Shown: positions 30,173 to 58,000 of the stretch, piece after piece
Numbering within the stretch: position 1 is the stretch's first letter
How the letters are laid out: each line of letters opens with the position of its first letter
DNA from: Amoebidium appalachense
Taxonomy: Eukaryota > Protista > Ichthyosporea
NCBI GenBank assembly: GCA_963693365.1
Contig: CAVNZM010000013.1
Span: 3,934,722 to 3,998,721 of the forward strand
Reading direction: 5' to 3'
DNA: 64,000 bases
Notes under the pieces: model-generated
What the model was told of the DNA's origin: nothing
What the model saw: only the letters and a program-made list of their open reading frames with translations
Database searches by the model: none
Position numbers and translations under genes: made by a program

Positions 30173-31822
30173 GCCCAAGGGAAGGGATAGGAACTCGTGG
30201 ACCCAGGAGGGGAAGGGGCAGGGCTCCGGTTGCAGGGAAGGTCGGAGTCGTCGGGCCCGGGGAAGTTGGTTACGAGAAATGGCATCGGCCAGATGGTTGA
30301 GGGGTCCTGGTAGGTAGGATGCCTGTAACGTAAATTGGTATTGCATTTCCATGCGGGTGATGAACCGAATAAGTTTGGCCATCACGGGGTGGGGGGAAGA
30401 CCGGGAGTGCAGGTCAGACACAGCACCCGTGTTGTCGCATAAAATACGGACATGGTGGGTGGACCAGGAGGGGGCCCAGAGGGCCACGGCGGCTGCGATG
30501 GCCAGGAGTTCGATGACGGAAGAACCGAGTTTACCCTCATGAGCATAGAGGGCTTGGGTGGAGGGGGACCAGGGCATGAAGAACCATTGGTCGAGCCAGT
30601 GGCCACCTAGACCCACCGATCCGGCAGCATCAGTGGCCAGGGTGGTGTATGTGGGGGGTGTGATGAGGTGCACCCCATTCCATGATGTGAGGAACTGGTG
30701 CCATTCGGCTATGTCGGCCCGGGCGGCAGCAGTCAGTCGTATGTGGTGGTGGCCGGCAAGGTGTGGGTGGGTCCGGAGAAGGGCCCATAGGCGCTGGGAG
30801 AAGGCCCTCCCGGGGGGAACCAGCTGGGCACACCAGGTGAGTTTGCCGAGGAGGGACTGGAGGTCCCGAATGGTGATGGTGGGCTTTGGGTGGGAAGTGA
30901 GGTCGAGTAGGTCCGAGAGCTTGGAAGCCGGGATTCGTGCCTCCATGGCGATGGAGTCGAATTCGATACCGATGAAGACGACACGGGTAGCCGGGCCCTG
31001 CATCTTGTCTTCGGAGATGGCAATGTGCAGCTCTCGGCAGAGTTGCAGAAAGGTGGATAGGTGACGTTGGCACTGCTGTTGTGTGGGGGCGACTATAATC
31101 CAGTCGTCTACGTAGTGGCGGATGAGGGTAATACCGTGCTGGTGTGCCAGCCACTGTAGGGTGGCCGCGATCCGTTCCCAGATGGCTGGGCTAGATTTCA
31201 GGCCGAAGGGCAGTCTGGTTTCAACGTAAAAATGCCCTTGCCATTTGAATGCCATTAAGTGGTGGTCTTCCGGTCGGATGGGCATGTGCCGGAAGGCAGC
31301 CTGCACATCTGCCACGGCCATGTAGCAGCCGGGGCCTGCGTCGAGAATGAGTTGGGTGACATCCCGGGCGCGAATGTACTGAAGTTCGTCGGGGTAGGTG
31401 ATGCTGTCATTGACACTGCTACCCCGGGGCCAGGAGAGGTGGTGGATTCGACGGTACTTGGGGGGGTTCCCTTTCTTGGTAACGGCGCCGATGGGGGAGG
31501 AACGGTGGACGGGAAATTCGTCAAAGAATTGGGCCGGGGAGAGGGGGCCGCGCAGGTGGCCGAGGGCGACTTCTTTGGCAATATCCACCGTGATAGCGGC
31601 AGCTGCCTCCGGGGTGGTGGGTAGGTTGGGGCCCACCCGAGAGGTGGAGGGGCCGCGATAGCCGATGTCGACGCCGAATTCGACATCGTGGAGGAGTTGT
31701 GCGGCGAATGGTTGGTCCGGGTAGGAGGCCAGCAGTTCCCGGAGGCGGGAGGTGTCAATGTGGTGCTGGGGCAGCGGGCGGGCCTCCGGGTCTGAGCCTC
31801 GGGGGAAGGGGGTGGTTAGCAA
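30170..31822 (-). CDS. Ngaro RT/RNase H, copy 3
   Basis: Same protein as copy 1, with YVDD and RNase H motifs intact. Confidence 0.9.
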
Positions 31823-32290
31823 GGGTGGTGTACCCTTGGGGAGATCCCGGCAGCGGGGGGGGGGGGGGGGGGGGGGGGGGTGGGGGGGGGGGGGGCAGCA
31901 GGGCCCCGGGGGGTTAGAGTAGGGCAGCTTGGCCCAAGTGAGGGTTGGCAGGGAGGGCAGCGGGGCCCTGTGCAGGGGAATGTGCCCGAGCACGCGGGGG
32001 TGTGGGCGGACACAGCGGTAGAAGAAGGGGGGGGGGAGGGAGTGCTAGGTGAGTGTAAGGGGGGGAGGCTCGTGGGATGGGGGGGGGGGGAGTAAAATTA
32101 TGTGCAGTGGCCAGAATAAACGTCTTTGTATAGGGACATTTATTCTTGACGCGCGCGGGCGCCGTAGTTGGCCTGCGAAATTTTGTACTCAGCCCTATTG
32201 GCCCGTTCTCCCGAGCTCCGTTTCCCTGTACTCGTGTGTCCTAGCTCCGAACCCCTATGTTCTAGCTGTGTGTGTGGGTGTGCGCGTAGA

Positions 32291-32895
32291 CTAGGCATTG
32301 TGCTTGCAGTCTTTGCGGGGGTGTGTGCCAGAGCAGAGCGGGCACACGTGGGAGAAGGGGCAGGGCTGCTTAGCGCAGGACCGACCGTTAATGTGGAAAT
32401 TCCTGCAGTGCGTCGCGGGTAGATCCACGGGTCGGGCCGGTTTGGCCGGGCCGGGTTGCGGGCCAGGGCGGTTAGGGGTGTGACCCCCGCCGGGCTTGTG
32501 GGGCGGCTTAAAGCCGTCAAGACCACAGCCGGGCTTGGGGTACATGGGGCAGGCCGCGCTGGGGTGGTCGGGGAAGCCACAGCGCTGACATGCGTCCTGG
32601 ATGAGCAGGGTGGGTGGCAGGAGGAGATCCTGGTGGAGTTGGGCGAGCAGGTTGGGGCACTCGATCGGAGCCCGACCCTGCTGGTGGGCCACGGTGCGGG
32701 CGTATACGTCATAGTTGTGGATCTGGGCCCACGGGTATCGGGTGCTGAGGCGAGTGATGTGCTGAGTCCAAAGTACGTCTTTGTCCGTGGGAAGGCCGAG
32801 GTGGTGCTTGGCGGCCATGTAATGGGTCCAAGCTTGGATCCAAATGACGAGTGAACGCAGGGGAACGGGTTTGTCTTGGCGAAAAGTCTCGATGC
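32291..32895 (-). pseudogene. Ngaro gag, C-terminal half (5' end lost)
   Basis: IETFRQDKP...CKHNA identical to copy 1 gag; truncated at the junction with the TIR. Confidence 0.88.
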
Positions 32896-32897
32896 GG

Positions 32898-32923
32898 AGG
32901 AGGGTACTTAGGACTTTTGAGAT
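32898..32923 (+). repeat. Left terminal inverted repeat AGGAGGGTACTTAGGACTTTTGAGAT
   Basis: Exact reverse complement of 58834-58859. The outermost 1-3 bp are uncertain. Confidence 0.9.
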
Positions 32924-33114
32924 AATGGACACGTGCAGCGATTTCTGCCGTTTTATTTTTGCAATTTTGGGTCAAAAATAAGTTGCCGGCAATGCCTGAG
33001 GCTATAATATTATGGGTTGGCACAGCCATGCGTCATTCACACCAATCAGACTTTACGAAAATTTAGAAGTGTTTGCTAAAACATGGATAAGATTCTTACT
33101 TTTGTTCAGTACTA

Positions 33115-35325
33115 TTATTTTTCCAAACCCCGCTTGACCTCCGATTTGCTTAATTCGAGCAATGCCATTAATTGAGATTTTACAACATTGAACCTGTTAC
33201 CCTTACCCGATTTTCCAAGAAAACTACTTCCGGTAGAAATCGTCCCACACATATTCTCGAATTTCACAGGGTCTATCCATTGAACATATTCCTTTAACTG
33301 CTCCTTCTGTACATTCGGCCTATAGAACCCCTGAAAACTTTTATCTGTGCAAGTCAAAACTGGAAAGGTAGTGGAAGTCTGCCTTGCAGGATCTTCCTTG
33401 TGAATAAACATAGGTTGCAGTTTTGCGTCATATCTCAGATCACTAGCCACACCATCAGGACACCACCAATGCACCCAAAAAGTTCTATCAGCCGGTAGGG
33501 CCTCTGGATTTTCAATATGAATTACTTTCGCCACACAAAATTCCCCCAAGTAGTCTGATCCGGGAGTATTCTGTGCGTCGTCCCAAGTGTGCACCAACAC
33601 AAAATCATTTTCGTTGGGAGCACCCGGGTTTGTAAATTTTACGATTTGGCGCCTTTCCCTCCTACCGTCAGCCCCAATGCACGGTATGTCGCAGTCATCT
33701 CCATCTCTGTTGTTCGGATCTTCAAGTTCGTCCGGGATGGCCGGAAGACCTGGAGGGGGCGGTCGCGGGTATGATCGATTGGATGTCAAATCGCTAACCA
33801 GCCGAAAGGGAAACGTAATGACATTTTCGAATGCCGGCGCAGGTTGCGTGAACTCGCCTGTCACTGTATCATATCCGGCACTCTGCGCTTGCTCCTTCCA
33901 CCACTCCAGGTGCTCTCCATCAGGGTCCAAAAATACATTGTCCTTAGCCAATCGCTCAAGCATACTTCCAAGTGTGCCCCATTGTTCGCGTAGCCAAATC
34001 GGAAAAGGCTGAATAGACGACCCTTGGTTCACCTTGATTGACATCGATGCAGGCTGGTTGGGGAGCGTGTGAAGAAGAGCCTTACGCGAACCTCTACATT
34101 CTATCCACTCGCCTTGGCTGGCAAGTCGCCGAACCTCAAATTTTACGCCAGTGTCCAGTTTGATCCATCGGAAGCATCGCCATTTTGCGAAGTACGACAG
34201 GGGATCGGCGCAAGGGGCTAACCACTCTGTGAACTCTGGAATGGCTTGTACATTGTGCACCTCAGGAGGCTCCACCACTCTCCCTCTTTGGCGAATATAC
34301 GGCGCTAAATCTTTCGATCTTGGTCGCTTTTTCAAAGTCTCCATCAAATCGGGAACAGTCCGCGGCGGTTGCTCAGTCAGGTAATGGTTGAATCCCCGAA
34401 AGCGGCCATCGATATCCTCGTGCGTATGTCCCGGAAGAAGGAACGAACACTCCACAGTGGTGAACACACCCCTAGAAACGAGTAATTCAAAAAATTGCAT
34501 CATTGCGTTGCAATGATTCTCGGAGGCGTTATCCATTTGCACGTACAACGTCTCTGGCAACGAGCCCCGTATCTCCAATTCACGCTCGATTGCCAACGTG
34601 AGTGCCGCGATTTGGACATTGGCACCCTTGCGACCGTGCTCATCCACGATTGTGTAGAGGGTGCGGCCATGAACGAGGACACTGGTTATCCGAACGGCCT
34701 TCTTGGGAATCGAGCTCGCGGCTTTGGAGTTCCAATGTACGTTCGGGATTTCGGATTTTGCTTGGTCCATTGAGTCAACGATGACACTCATGTACTTGTG
34801 TGGCTCCCGAATTGCAGCTGACCGATGCTGGTAATAGCTCTCTCTCTCCTTTCTGTGACATCTCATGGTCAATCACTATATATATGGTTAGGAGGATCAT
34901 AATCCTAGTGTCAACCAGGAGACCCGATCCTAATCACAACTAGGACTCTGGATCCTAGTTACAACTAGGACAATATATCCTAGTTACAACTAGGATGACG
35001 TCATCCTAGTTGGTACTAGGATGACGTCACTCGTTTATCTTCAATGGCTGTACGACACAACTGTGCGGTTTCATGCACTCTAATAATTGCGAATATGTGT
35101 GTGTACGACAAAGCTGTGCGGTTTCATGCACTCTAGTTGCGAATATGTGTATGTATATAGTGACATACTTTGATTGCAGGAAGTTGCTACCAAAGAGATG
35201 TGCGCGATGCGGTGATTTGAAATACATGTGATGTCGCCAGATACAAACCCAAATACCAACCCAAATACCCTACGCGCAGGCACACACGTACACACAGTCA
35301 CTTGCAAGTGCTTGCGCACACACGT

Positions 35326-35392
<67 letters not shown>

Positions 35393-35571
35393 CACAACGC
35401 CACTACCCAAGCTCCCCCCTTTTTTTTTTCCCTCCTCCACGAAAACATGACTATGTGTGTGTGTTTTGTTCAAGTGGGGGGGGGGGGGGGGGGGGGGGGG
35501 GGCAGGGAAGACTGTGTGGTTGTGGTTGTGTGTGTGCATGTGTGGTACGTGCGGGTGTGCGGGTGTGCATG

Positions 35572-35622
<51 letters not shown>

Positions 35623-35810
35623 AATGTGCGTGCGTGGGTGTTTATTTTGGAACAGGTTGTCAGGTGTGTTGTTTTAGAGGTTGTGTGTATGCGTGTGCCG
35701 TGCATGTAATGATGGTGGTGGTGGTGATGGTGTTTGGGGGGGGGAGGGAAGTCCAAGTGCTTGCGCACACGTGCATGCGCGCACGCAACCACACACACAC
35801 GCACACGCAC

Positions 35811-35887
<77 letters not shown>

Positions 35888-36017
35888 CACAACACCGCTG
35901 CCCCCCCCCCCTCCCCCCCCTTTCTTTGCCCTCCTCCACGAGAACATGTGACTGTGTGTGTGTGTGTGAGGGGGGATGGGGGGAGGGGGGAGGGGGAGGC
36001 GGACTGTGTGGTTGTGG

Positions 36018-36109
<92 letters not shown>

Positions 36110-36289
36110 TACGCGGGAGTGTGCAGGTGTGCATGCTTGTTTGTGTGTGTGTGTGTGTGTGTGTGAATGTGCGTGCGTGGGTGTTTACTTTGGAAGATGT
36201 TGTCAGGTGTGATGTTGTAAAGGTTTTGTGTATGTGTGTGCCGTGCACGTAATGATGGTGGTGGTGGTGATGGCGTTTGGTGGGTGGGT

Positions 36290-36326
<37 letters not shown>

Positions 36327-36691
36327 GAGGGGGGCCACCAGCCTTTGGAGATTGATGTGTGCCTCCCGCAGTTCACGGATGTGGATCCTTGCAGCATTGG
36401 TGGTGGCCAGCTTGAGGCGGGCCTTGAGAATGCAGCAGTACTCACATTTGACGAAGTTGGTGGTCTCGGTGCTTAAACTTACACCCTTGAAATGGGTTCT
36501 CCAGGCTGCGTGAAACCCCTCTTGATCAAGGTAGCCCTTGTCTGTTACCCGTGCTTGCCGTTTGCGCTTGTGGCCTGAGGCAGTCTGGAAGGTGTGAAGA
36601 TCGATTAGTGTGGGTTTTTTTCTCTCTGTCAGTAAGGTGTAGGCGGGGTGTTTTTTTTTGTTGTTGTTGTTCTTGTTGTTCTGCCTTCCCC

Positions 36692-36758
<67 letters not shown>

Positions 36759-36834
36759 TACACGATTTCATGCACGTATGCTCACATACCAATTCGCCTA
36801 CACATTCTGACGTACACATACTGTAACACACACG

Positions 36835-36913
<79 letters not shown>

Positions 36914-37146
36914 TAGGCGCTTAAGAAGTAGGGTTGCATGGAGGTGCATGTTATGCTGCATACCTCACATGATGTCAGGATGTCAGGCTACATTACGACG
37001 TATACTATCCCAAATACGGAAGATGGACAGGTTTGGCCCATTATCCCCCCCCTGCCCCCCTCTCCCTCGGTATACACTCTGTTTGCCCCAATGTACTCAA
37101 CATTGCAGTGCTTGCCCCCCCCCCCTCCCCCCTCCCAAGTTCTCCA

Positions 37147-37223
<77 letters not shown>

Positions 37224-37312
37224 AGCATGCACACACGTACCCATACACGCACACATTCTCACACACATGCTTAAACTGCCCACCCTGTTGTCTTCCTCCA
37301 CATCCCCCCCTC

Positions 37313-37343
<31 letters not shown>

Positions 37344-38021
37344 AAACACATACACACACACAAGCACACGCGTACACACACATGTACACAGCCACACAGA
37401 GGGGGGGAGAGAGACGTGCCTGGTCGGGGCCAAGTACATGTTCCTGTTCGTCGAAATCGGGATGGAGCTGTGCCCACCGTGCCTCGAATTCTTCTTGGTT
37501 GGCTGTGTCCTCGGCTGTGATATCCTGTGTTTTCCAAGCGGACGTAGGTCAGTATTTATGTAACAATATCTGTATGGGTAGAATAGAGGTTGTGTTTCGA
37601 ATGTGGAGTTTTGGATGGATGTTTTCGTGTGTGTATGTGTGTGGGTGCCCTTGCATGTGTGTGTGCCTGACACTGTGCGTGTGTACGTGTGTATGTGCTT
37701 GTGTGCCTGTGTGTGTGTGTGTTTGTGTTTCGTAATGGATGTCCCTTTGTTTGTTTGGGTGTTTGGGTGTTGCTTCGATGGTAATAGGGACATGTGTAAT
37801 GTGCTGTGTGGTGTGTGATTGCATGTGTGTGTCGTTTGAAGTTTGTGTGTGTGTGTGGGTATGTGTGTATGTGTGTGTGCATAACCTCCTGAGTTGCAGT
37901 GTGCTGGTTGTAAAAGTTAATAATGTACGATAAAATGCATGTCACACGCTTGTGTTTCAAAAGGTTGTTTATGTATGTATGCATGTTGATAAGGATGCCA
38001 TAGTGCTTGTGTGTTGTTCGG

Positions 38022-38052
<31 letters not shown>

Positions 38053-38659
38053 AGGGAAGGGAGGGGGGGGGATGGGGGGGGGGGGGGGAGTGGGGTTTCA
38101 CGTGCACCATTGCATGCCACGTGTGCTTCGATGGTGAAGGCATGGGTAAGGCAGTGTGGGTCAATATGACATTGTGATGGATGTGCCTGTGTGGGTGGGT
38201 GGACGGCATTGTGTGGGTTGGTATCTCTCTGTGTGTGCCTGGGTGTGTTTGTATCTGGGTAATGAGGTTAAACAGGTGACACTGAGTGAGATAAAGCAAG
38301 TTTCGTGAATAGGTGGATTTACGAGTGAGTGTGTGGACCCGCGGGAATTTGGTTGTTTGGGTAGATTGGTGGATGGGTGGGTGGGTTTGCGGGTGGGTGT
38401 GTCTGAATGCCCAGCCATGTTTTCCTGTGCTTGTGTGTTCGTGGGCTTCCTTGGTTGCATTGTACCATATATGCAGGAGTGCTTGTGGGGGGGAGGGGGG
38501 GGGGGGGGGGGGGGGAGGGGGGAGAGCAAATTATATACGTATGTGGGTGTGGGTTTGGGTGTGGGTGTGAGTGTAGGGGTGTGGCTGCGGGTGGGTGGGG
38601 TGGTGGGTGGGTGGGTGTGGGTGTGTGTGTTTGTGTTCTATTGATTTTGTGTTCGAGAA

Positions 38660-38701
<42 letters not shown>

Positions 38702-38745
38702 TAAGGTAATGTGAAGCAATATGATGCTGCATGCGCCTGTGTGGG

Positions 38746-38778
<33 letters not shown>

Positions 38779-39573
38779 CGGTGTCTCTCTCTCTCTGACA
38801 GTTTATGGGTGTGTTTGTGTGTGGGAATGAGGTTTAGCAGGTGAGCGGGTGGGTGGGTGGGTGGCTGTGCCCAGCAGTGTATGCTTGTGCATGTGTTAGC
38901 GTGCATGTTTATAATACGTGTTCGTGTATGTGTGTATGTGTGTGTAGAACGGTGTGCATGTGTGCATGTGTGCATGTGTGTGTAATTCCGTGTACGTAGT
39001 TGCGTGTGTGCGTATGTACGTGCGTGTAGGTGTATGCATTGAGATGTGGTTTGGGGGGGGGGGGGGGGGGGGGTATATATGAAATACACACCCTGACGTA
39101 CTCCATCCAGATCTCTTCCTTGGTGTAAGCGGGCGGCAAGCGTATCGTAGACGTGTCGGGCATCAACTGACCGATGAGGTCGATGAATTCGGAAAACCAG
39201 GCAATAAATCTCTCCACCGCCAAAGAGATGTTGCCTTCACCGGTGTTGCCATGTACGTAAAACCGAGCTCCTTGTAGGAATTCATTCTTTCTGGCCATGA
39301 ACGTGTTTCGGCACATTCCCATGATGTTGATGAATGCTTCTTGGCAGATCTGGGATGAAATGAATGGGATGGGGAGGGGGAGGGGGCGGTGGGGGCGGGG
39401 GGGGGGGGGGGGGGGGGGGGGGGAGGTCATTTGGTGTATTGTTTTTCTTAACCTTGTTCCCCTCCCCCCCCCTCCCCTTCTTCCTCACCGACCTCGCTGC
39501 TCCTTCACACATGTTATCATTCCATGCTCTCCCCACCCGGGCCCGCTCCTCCCCCGGCCTTCCTGCCCCCATC

Positions 39574-39628
<55 letters not shown>

Positions 39629-40797
39629 CCTCCCTCCCCCCCCCCCCCCCCCTCTGTCTGCATCTCCCTCTCTATGCCTGGCAGACCTCGCCCCCCCCCC
39701 CCCCCCCTCCCCTCCCGTTCTTTCCTCCCCCTCTCCCCCCCCCCCCCCCCCCGCCCCAATCCCCCATCCCCCCCCCCCCCTCCGGTATTCACCTCCCTCC
39801 CTCCCCCCTCCCCCTCTGTCTGCATCTCCCTCTCTATGCCTGGCAGACCTCGCCCTCCCCCCCCCCCCCCCTCCCCTCCCGTTCTTTCCTCCCCCTTCCC
39901 CCCCCCCCCCCCCCCCCCGCCCCAATCCCCCATCCCCCCCCCCCCCCCCCCTCCGGTATTCATCATTACTTTATTAGACCAATAGACACCACTCTTCCCC
40001 CTGTCTCTCCTGGCTCTTGCCAACGAATAGCCCTTCCCCCCCCCCCCCCCCCCCCCACCCAACACACACACACACACACACTCTCTCTCTCTCTCTCCCC
40101 CCCCCCCCCCCCCCCCCCCCCTCTCTCTCTCTCCCCCTCTCTCTCCCTCTCTCTCTCTCTCTCAGATTTGCACGCGCGTGGCAACCGTCATGTGTTGGCA
40201 TGAGCATCAACGAAGCCATCACGTGGTCCAGGCCCGGTCCCCCTTTTTGACCCTCTTGTGTATCTAGAGCTCTCTCCTTCTCTCCCTATAAACACGCTTA
40301 AAATTTCTGTCCACATGCACATCTCAGTTTTTAAGTTTTATCCAAAATTTAAAAATTTATAAGTCACTGGCGGTTGGTGTTCTAACGTAGCTAATGGGAC
40401 TGTGTCCTATGCACTCTTCCGGCAGCAGGTGGATGACGTTAACCAAACGTGTTAAAATAAAAATAAAAAAAATAAATAAAAAACTGGCGGTTGGGGTGGT
40501 GTGTGTGGCCGGACCAGCACAAAAGCACAACTGTTTGCCGAACTCTGTGCGTAGTATGTGCCGAACTCTGGATGCAACCACATTAGTTGCTGCCGTGTTA
40601 TATGCCTGTGTGATGCTGATTGTGTGGGTGCGTGGGTGCGTGGGTGGGTGCGTGGGTGCGTGGGTGTGTGGGTGTGGGCATGTGTGCATGAGGGCATGTG
40701 TGTGAGCTTGTACGTATGAGGTGTGTGTGTGTGTGTGTGTGTGCCTGTTCGTGTGTTCGTGTGTGTGTGTGTGTGTGTGTGCGTGTGCGTGGCACTG

Positions 40798-40830
<33 letters not shown>

Positions 40831-41450
40831 CACGTGTGTTTGCATGCTTGAGTGTGTGTGTGCGTGCGTGCGTGCGTGCATGCGTGTGTGCGTGCGGTGC
40901 GTGTGTATACTACGTGTGTGTGTGTGTGTGTGTGTGGGTTTCGGGGGGGAAGGGGGGGGGGGGGGGGAGGGGGGGTTTGGGTTACCCCTGTGTTGTCCAG
41001 AATCCACGGTATCTCGACCTTGCCCGCTTGGACGCCAGACTTGTTCTGGGACGTGCTGTTGTTGCCAAGCTTCACCCTATGGTAGCAATTACGTGGGGTG
41101 AGATGAGATTGTATCCGAGGGGAAGTATCATAATCTATGTACATCAGCATGCAGAGTTCACCCTTCATACCGGACTGCACACAATGGCACCGAGAAGTGT
41201 CTGTATAGAAGAACTGCATATTGTACGTCCGTGAGCAGAGCATTTAATGGGCAAGCGTTAGACGAGTATTCGGCAACATTAAGGTATTAGGATGTCATTG
41301 ACTCCTGATATCTATAAAAGGGGGGATGGGGGGGGGGGGGGGGGGGGGGGTGATATCTATAAAAAAAGGGGGGGTACTTGTTTTAGCCTTGTTTTAGCCT
41401 TACCTCGCCTGGGTTAAAATGGCTTGAGAGATATATTTGGGTATAATTTC

Positions 41451-41487
<37 letters not shown>

Positions 41488-42538
41488 CTGCTTACAAATG
41501 CTGGGTCATATAGTCGAACAGCGCCTGGTTGCGAACTGACGGAGGCAAACAGAGCCACCGAGTCCTCAGGTTTTTCACCTGCGCTGACGTGAATCTCTCG
41601 TAGCAGTTGTCATTGCACCTGCAGTAGGGAGGACATATGAGAACAAATGAATACTGTACAATACCACCCCTTACGTGACGGTCATCATACTATCACAGCT
41701 AGCTATAACAGTATTTTCTCACCCATTATGCATTCCACAGGCAGCTGCAATGTAAGAATGAAGCAAGTCCCCCCACTGGTTGGCTCAGAGCTGACGAGCA
41801 CCAGAACTTGAATGTGGCACACACACGGGCTTCCGCTCTAGTATTCCACTAATGATTGAATGTACGGAATGCTAGCTCAAACAGTGTCAATTTACATGCG
41901 CCGGCTCAGATGATGTGCGCCAGAAGTGTGATTTTTCTTTACCTGCAAGTCATAGCCAAGACACTTTCAATGGCTGCCTCTGACAACTTCTTTTTTGTGT
42001 CGGGCAGAAAAGGTTGCGCAGACCCTATGGGCGTGGGCGGGAATGCCCCTGTAGTAACTCGGTCCCTCTGCTGTGCCTCAGCACGGTTACGTTTTAATTT
42101 ATCAGCCATCGCCGCCTTCGATCTGGCCACCCCATGTTGCCGCCGTGCCTCCACCTCTTCGATTAATCTTTTTGCATTCTCCTCTTCGGCATCCATTGCT
42201 TCTCTTGAAAAAGAAAGCTCCTCCGCACTGCCACTACCTAATTGACTGCTGCTGATTTGTCTGGTACTCGCCGGGTTGTTGCAGTTTGCTAACGTTGTGT
42301 TGTTGCATGTGTCAATACGTGTGCGTTTGCGTGCACGTGCGCAGCCATCATTAACAATGCTGCCCCGTTTTGCATTTGCATTGTTACCACTTGAGTTAGA
42401 TGTGAAGTTTTGTTGTAGCTCGCCAAGAACTTTTCTAGCGTTCGGGCCTGTGGTTAACGTGTCTTTTTGTAATGGGGCTCCCTGCCTTCGACATGTCCCC
42501 ACGGGCCTGACAGGGCCGCTTCTCACAATTGGGCCCAT
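33115..42538 (-). CDS. Sola1/DUF7869-type DDD transposase, 7 exons (42538-41943, 41618-41496, 41076-40986, 39349-39092, 37524-37420, 36584-36343, 34852-33115), ~1050 aa
   Basis: Splice phases are consistent (3153 nt total). N-terminal CRCNDNC...ICQEAF Cys cluster; [20 protein letters not shown]; catalytic motifs VDSMDQ, QMDNAS and GHTHEDIDG. The start codon and two donors (GC-type or nearby GT alternatives) are uncertain. Confidence 0.85.
34903..35021. repeat. Array of five 18-bp palindromes TCCTAGT-N4-ACTAGGA, 25-26-bp period
   Basis: Copies at 34903, 34928, 34953, 34978 and 35004 with 7-8-bp variable spacers, in the last intron of the transposase gene. Confidence 0.9.
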
Positions 42539-44008
42539 TTTACAAGCCCTCACCTACACGTAATTTCCTCTGTTCATATGCTTGAGACGATAGATTAGAA
42601 TCCCATGCACTTGAAAATGTCACAAACACAAGTCGTTACTGGGTACGTGTGGCACATGGGTGTTCTCGCATGTATGCTAATGCTAGTTGTCAGGTTCCCC
42701 TGGGAGCATGCAGATCTGTTTTGGTGCATCTTTCGCCAGTCAAACATAGCCAAGTAGGATCTCGACACAATGCTTTGATTGGCAGGATATTTTTTATCCA
42801 GTCTGGCGCGGTGACATGCCGCACAACAGAATGTGTGCCTAATGGTTCATAAAAAGGAATCTTTCAAGTGTGAAAATATGGTAGTGTGTCATTGTGGCAT
42901 AAATGAGTCAACGTAACATATTTTGTAGTAGAAAAGTTCTGGAGATGTACGAAAATGGAGCCCGTACCTCCTGCTGTTGAACATGTTTTGGAAAAAACCA
43001 AACAAAGAACAAGACACCTAAAGCCACATTGCCACCGCGCTAGGACAACATGTGTCCTAGTTGGCGCTGGGGTGGCAAAAGGCCAACTCGCATTTTCTTA
43101 TTGGCCGAGCCTACGCCATTCAAAGAGTGGAAGTTACCAAAATTCCTCAGCCATGATCAGATCGTAAGACACACGACTATTGACAGTATAGTGATTATTG
43201 CAATAACTCACATGATAAGAGATAAACATTGTTATTAGAGACCCTAATTAACAACAACAAAAAAAAAAAGAAGTGAAAAAAATAAAATAAAAAGGAAGTA
43301 AACGTACATCAGAAGGAATCTAAGCACCCTTGACATGATCATAACCCTAGTAGCGGCTAGGAAACTCGCACGATTTATGCCACCAACCAATCAGACTCAT
43401 GGGAACGCACGAGGCCAACCCGTGCAAACCTTTCGAGCCTTCATTTATTCCGTAAAACTAGAATTGGCGTGCCTAGAATATTCCATGTATAAATTATTTA
43501 TTATTTCTTTGATTCTGGCAATGGATATTCAGTCCGAGAAGACAGCAGAGATGTTTAGAATGCACTCTAAAGTAGCTGAAATTTGGTTCGGGATCGACGT
43601 GCATTTCATTCATCCAATAGGAAGCAGAGATCTAAGATGCTGTATCATGCAGTATGTGTATTCAAAGCCAATCAGAATGAAGAAGCATATGGGGCTCGAA
43701 ATTTATTTCTCTGACATACCGTAGAATTGGAGTATCCTTTACAGCTCATACAGTAACTGCCATGTGTGTAGACCAATATATGCCTACATATGCAGACACA
43801 TATGAAATTCTATTTGATACTCTAACATTATGCAAACATCCTTGTTAAATTATTACAATGTACATTGAAGTTAGGGCCGAGTTTGACGCCGCCGGGTCGG
43901 CTTGAGAATCTTACAACCCTTTCGTGGATTTAGCCGGCTTGCGCACCGCTGTCCCTCATTTGCAGTTGCAGTGGTTTCGGTGAGATTCATACCATAGCTT
44001 CTTTAAAA
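42539..44008. promoter_or_regulatory. Putative bidirectional promoter between the transposase and cargo genes
   Basis: Head-to-head gene arrangement. The region is free of microsatellites, has CCAAT boxes (~43387, 43614, 43668) and one copy of the palindrome (CCCTAGTAGCGGCTAGGA, 43345-43362). Confidence 0.5.

Positions 44009-58000
<13,992 letters not shown>

Larger units (their letters stand above)
28388..32895 (-). mobile_element. Ngaro copy 3: 5'-truncated at the Sola-like element; complete 3' end B1-A2-spacer-B2
   Basis: B2 28388-28477, spacer 28478-28607, A2 28608-28957, B1 28958-29047. YR, RT/RH and the 3' half of gag are nearly identical to copy 1. Homology stops at 32895. Confidence 0.92.

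Noticed and set aside
34903-35021. Palindromic repeats with variable spacers, resembling a mini CRISPR array (also 57021-57224)
   Set aside because: Spacers are only 7-8 bp, repeats are 18 bp, there are no cas genes, and the arrays lie inside spliceosomal introns.
40165-40260. Possible plus-strand exon after a (CT)n-CAG acceptor inside the transposase intron
   Set aside because: It is short, has nearby stops in all frames, has no partner exons, and the transposase model is complete without it.
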